Translations under genes and position numbers: made by a program
The notes under the pieces: generated by a model
Seen by the model: the letters and a program-made list of their open reading frames with translations, nothing else
The model's database searches: none
What the model was told of the DNA's origin: nothing
Shown here: piece by piece, positions 61,785 through 64,000 of the stretch
Numbering within the stretch: position 1 is the first letter of the stretch
How the letters are laid out: each line of letters starts with the position of its first letter
Assembly: GCA_024137785.1 (NCBI GenBank)
Contig: JAHRHZ010000115.1
Coordinates: forward strand, 2,572,478 to 2,636,477
DNA: 64,000 nucleotides
Direction of reading: 5' to 3'
From: Ginglymostoma cirratum
Taxonomy: Eukaryota

Positions 61785-63930
61785 ACAATAGATAATAGGT
61801 GCAGGAGTAGGCCATTTGGCCCTTTGAGCCAGCACCACCATTCATTATGATCATGGCTGATCATCCACAATCAGTATCCTGTTCCTGCCTTATCCCCATA
61901 ACCCTTGATTCCATTATCTATAAGAGCTCTATCCATCTCTTTCTTGAAAGTATCCAGAGACTTGGCCTCCACTGCCTTCTGGGGCAGAGCATTCCATGTA
62001 TCCGCCACTCTCTGGGTGAAGAAGTTTTTCCTCAACTCTGTTCTAAATGGCTTACCCCTTATTTTTAAACTGTGTCCTCTGGTTCTTGGCTCACCCATCA
62101 GCGGAAACATGCTCCCTGCCTCCCAAGTATCCAATCCCTTAATAATCTTATACGTCTCAATCAGATCCCCTCTCATCCTTCTAAACTCAAGTGTATACAA
62201 GCCCAGTCGCTCCAATCTTTCAACATTTGATAGTCCCGACATTCCAGGAATTAACCTCGTGAACCTAAGCTGCACTCCCTCAATAGCAAGAATGTCCTTC
62301 CTCAAATTTGGAGACCAAAACTGCACACAATACTCCAGGTGTGGTCTCGCCAGGGCCCTGTACAGCTGCAGAAGGACCCCTTTTCTCCTATACTCAATTC
62401 CTCTTGTTATGAAGGCCAGCATGCCATTAGCCTTCTTCACTGCCTGCTGTACTTGCATGCTTGCTTTCATTGACTGATGTGCAAGAACACCTAGATCTCG
62501 TTGTACTTCCCCTTTACCCTAACTTGACTCCATTTAGATAGTAATCTGCCTTCCTGTTCTTGCCACCAAAGTGGATAACCTCACATTTGTCCACATTAAT
62601 CTGCATCTGCCGTGCATCCGTCCACTCACCTAGCCTGTCCAAGTCACCCCTGTATTCTCATAACATCCTCTTCACATTTCACACTGCCACCCAGCTTTGT
62701 GTCATCAGCAAATTTGCTATTATTACTTTTAATGCCTTCATCTATATCATTAATGTATATTGTAAACAGCTGCTGTCCCAGCAACAAACCTTGCGGTACC
62801 CCACTGGTCACCACCTGCCATTCTGAAAGGGACTCGTTTATCACTACTCTTTGCTTCCTGTCAGCCAGCCAATTTTCAATCCAAGTCAGTATTTTGCCCC
62901 AAACACCGTGTGCCCTAATTTTGCTCACTAATCTCCTATGTGGGACTTTATCAAAGGCTTTCGGAAAGTCCAGATACACTACATCCACTAGCTCTCCCTT
63001 GTCCGTCTTTGTAGTTACATCCTCAAAAAATTCCAGAAGATTAGTCAAGTACGATTTCCCCTTCGTAAATCCATGCTGACTCTGACCTATCCTATTACTG
63101 CTTTCCAAATGAGTCGTAATTTCATCTTTTATAATTGACTCCAGCATCTTTCCCACCACTGAAGTCAGGCTAACCAGTCTATAGTTCCCTGTTTTCTCTC
63201 TACCTCCTTTCTTGAAAATTGGGACAACATTAGTCACCCTCCAATCCGCAGGATCTGATCCTGAACCTATAGAACATTGGAAAATGATTACCAATGCGCC
63301 CACGATTTCTAGAGCCACCTCCTTAAGTACCCTGGGATGCAGACCATCAGGTCCCGGGGACTTATCAGCCTTCAGACCTAACAGTCTGTTCAACACCATT
63401 TCCTGCCTAATATAAATTTCCTTCAGTTCATCCATTACCCTTGGTCCTTCAGCCACTATTACATCTGCAAGATTGTTTGTGTCTTCCTTAGTGAAGACAG
63501 ATCCAAAGTACCTATTCAACTCTTCTGCCATTTCCTTGTTCCCCATAATAAATTCACCCGTTTCTGTCTTCAAGGGCCCAATTTTAGTCTTAACCATTTT
63601 ATTTCTTTTCACATACCTAAAAAAGCTTTTACAATCCTCCTTTATATTTTTGGCTAGGTTGCCTTCGTACCTCATTTTTTCTCCATGTATTGCCTTTTTA
63701 GTTATCTTCTGTTTGCTCTTTAAAAGTTTCCCAGTCCTCCGGCTTCCTGCTCATCTTTGCTATGTTATACTTCTCTTTTATCTTTATACAGTCCTTAACT
63801 TCCCTCGTCAGCCACGGCCGCCCCTGCCTCCCCTTAGGATCTTTCTTCCTCTTTGGATTGAACTGATCCTGCACCTTCTGCATGATATCCAGAAATACCT
63901 GCCATTGTTGTTCCACTGCCATCCCTGCCT
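61785..63930 (-). mobile_element. CR1-type LINE, 5'-truncated, relatively young (long RT ORF pieces 62644-63675 and 61871-62470)
   Basis: KSPGPDGLHPRVLKE, NYR.VSLTSVVGK, QHGF, DF.KAFDKVPH, SGVPQG, SKFADDTK, RPHLEYC; (caataga)n tail. Confidence 0.95.
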
Positions 63931-64000
63931 GTCTGTTTGTGTATATGTGTGTCTTTCTGTCTGCCTGTATCTGTTTCTATGTGTGTCAGTGTCTGTGTAA

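Overview
This is vertebrate genomic DNA, not prokaryotic: part of a T-cell receptor alpha/delta locus from a cartilaginous fish, most likely a shark (inferred from the TCR sequences and repeat content). 1-27 kb is a tandemly duplicated V cluster. It holds four leader+V genes on the minus strand (one truncated by the window edge, one with a dead RSS heptamer) and two degenerate V pseudogenes on the plus strand. 27-38 kb is a repeat-rich spacer with no gene segments. The plus strand then carries one D segment with 12/23 RSSs (38.5 kb), 13 J segments (10 apparently intact, 3 defective; 38.8-50.1 kb) and a four-exon delta-type constant gene (53.3-57.8 kb). The intact V genes face away from D-J-C, so they must rearrange by inversion. 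Less obvious structure: a set of oriented CTCF-like motifs carried on duplicated modules, with a divergent pair between V and D and a convergent site 3' of C. One V pseudogene has its RSS spacer shortened from 23 to 12 bp, both plus-strand V pseudogenes have a 7-nt collapsed leader intron, and an inverted repeat encloses one J. Penelope-type repeats carry hammerhead-ribozyme cores. The rest is LINE/SINE/LTR debris and simple repeats; most ORFs in the track are spurious. Repeat boundaries are approximate and several N gaps limit what can be seen.
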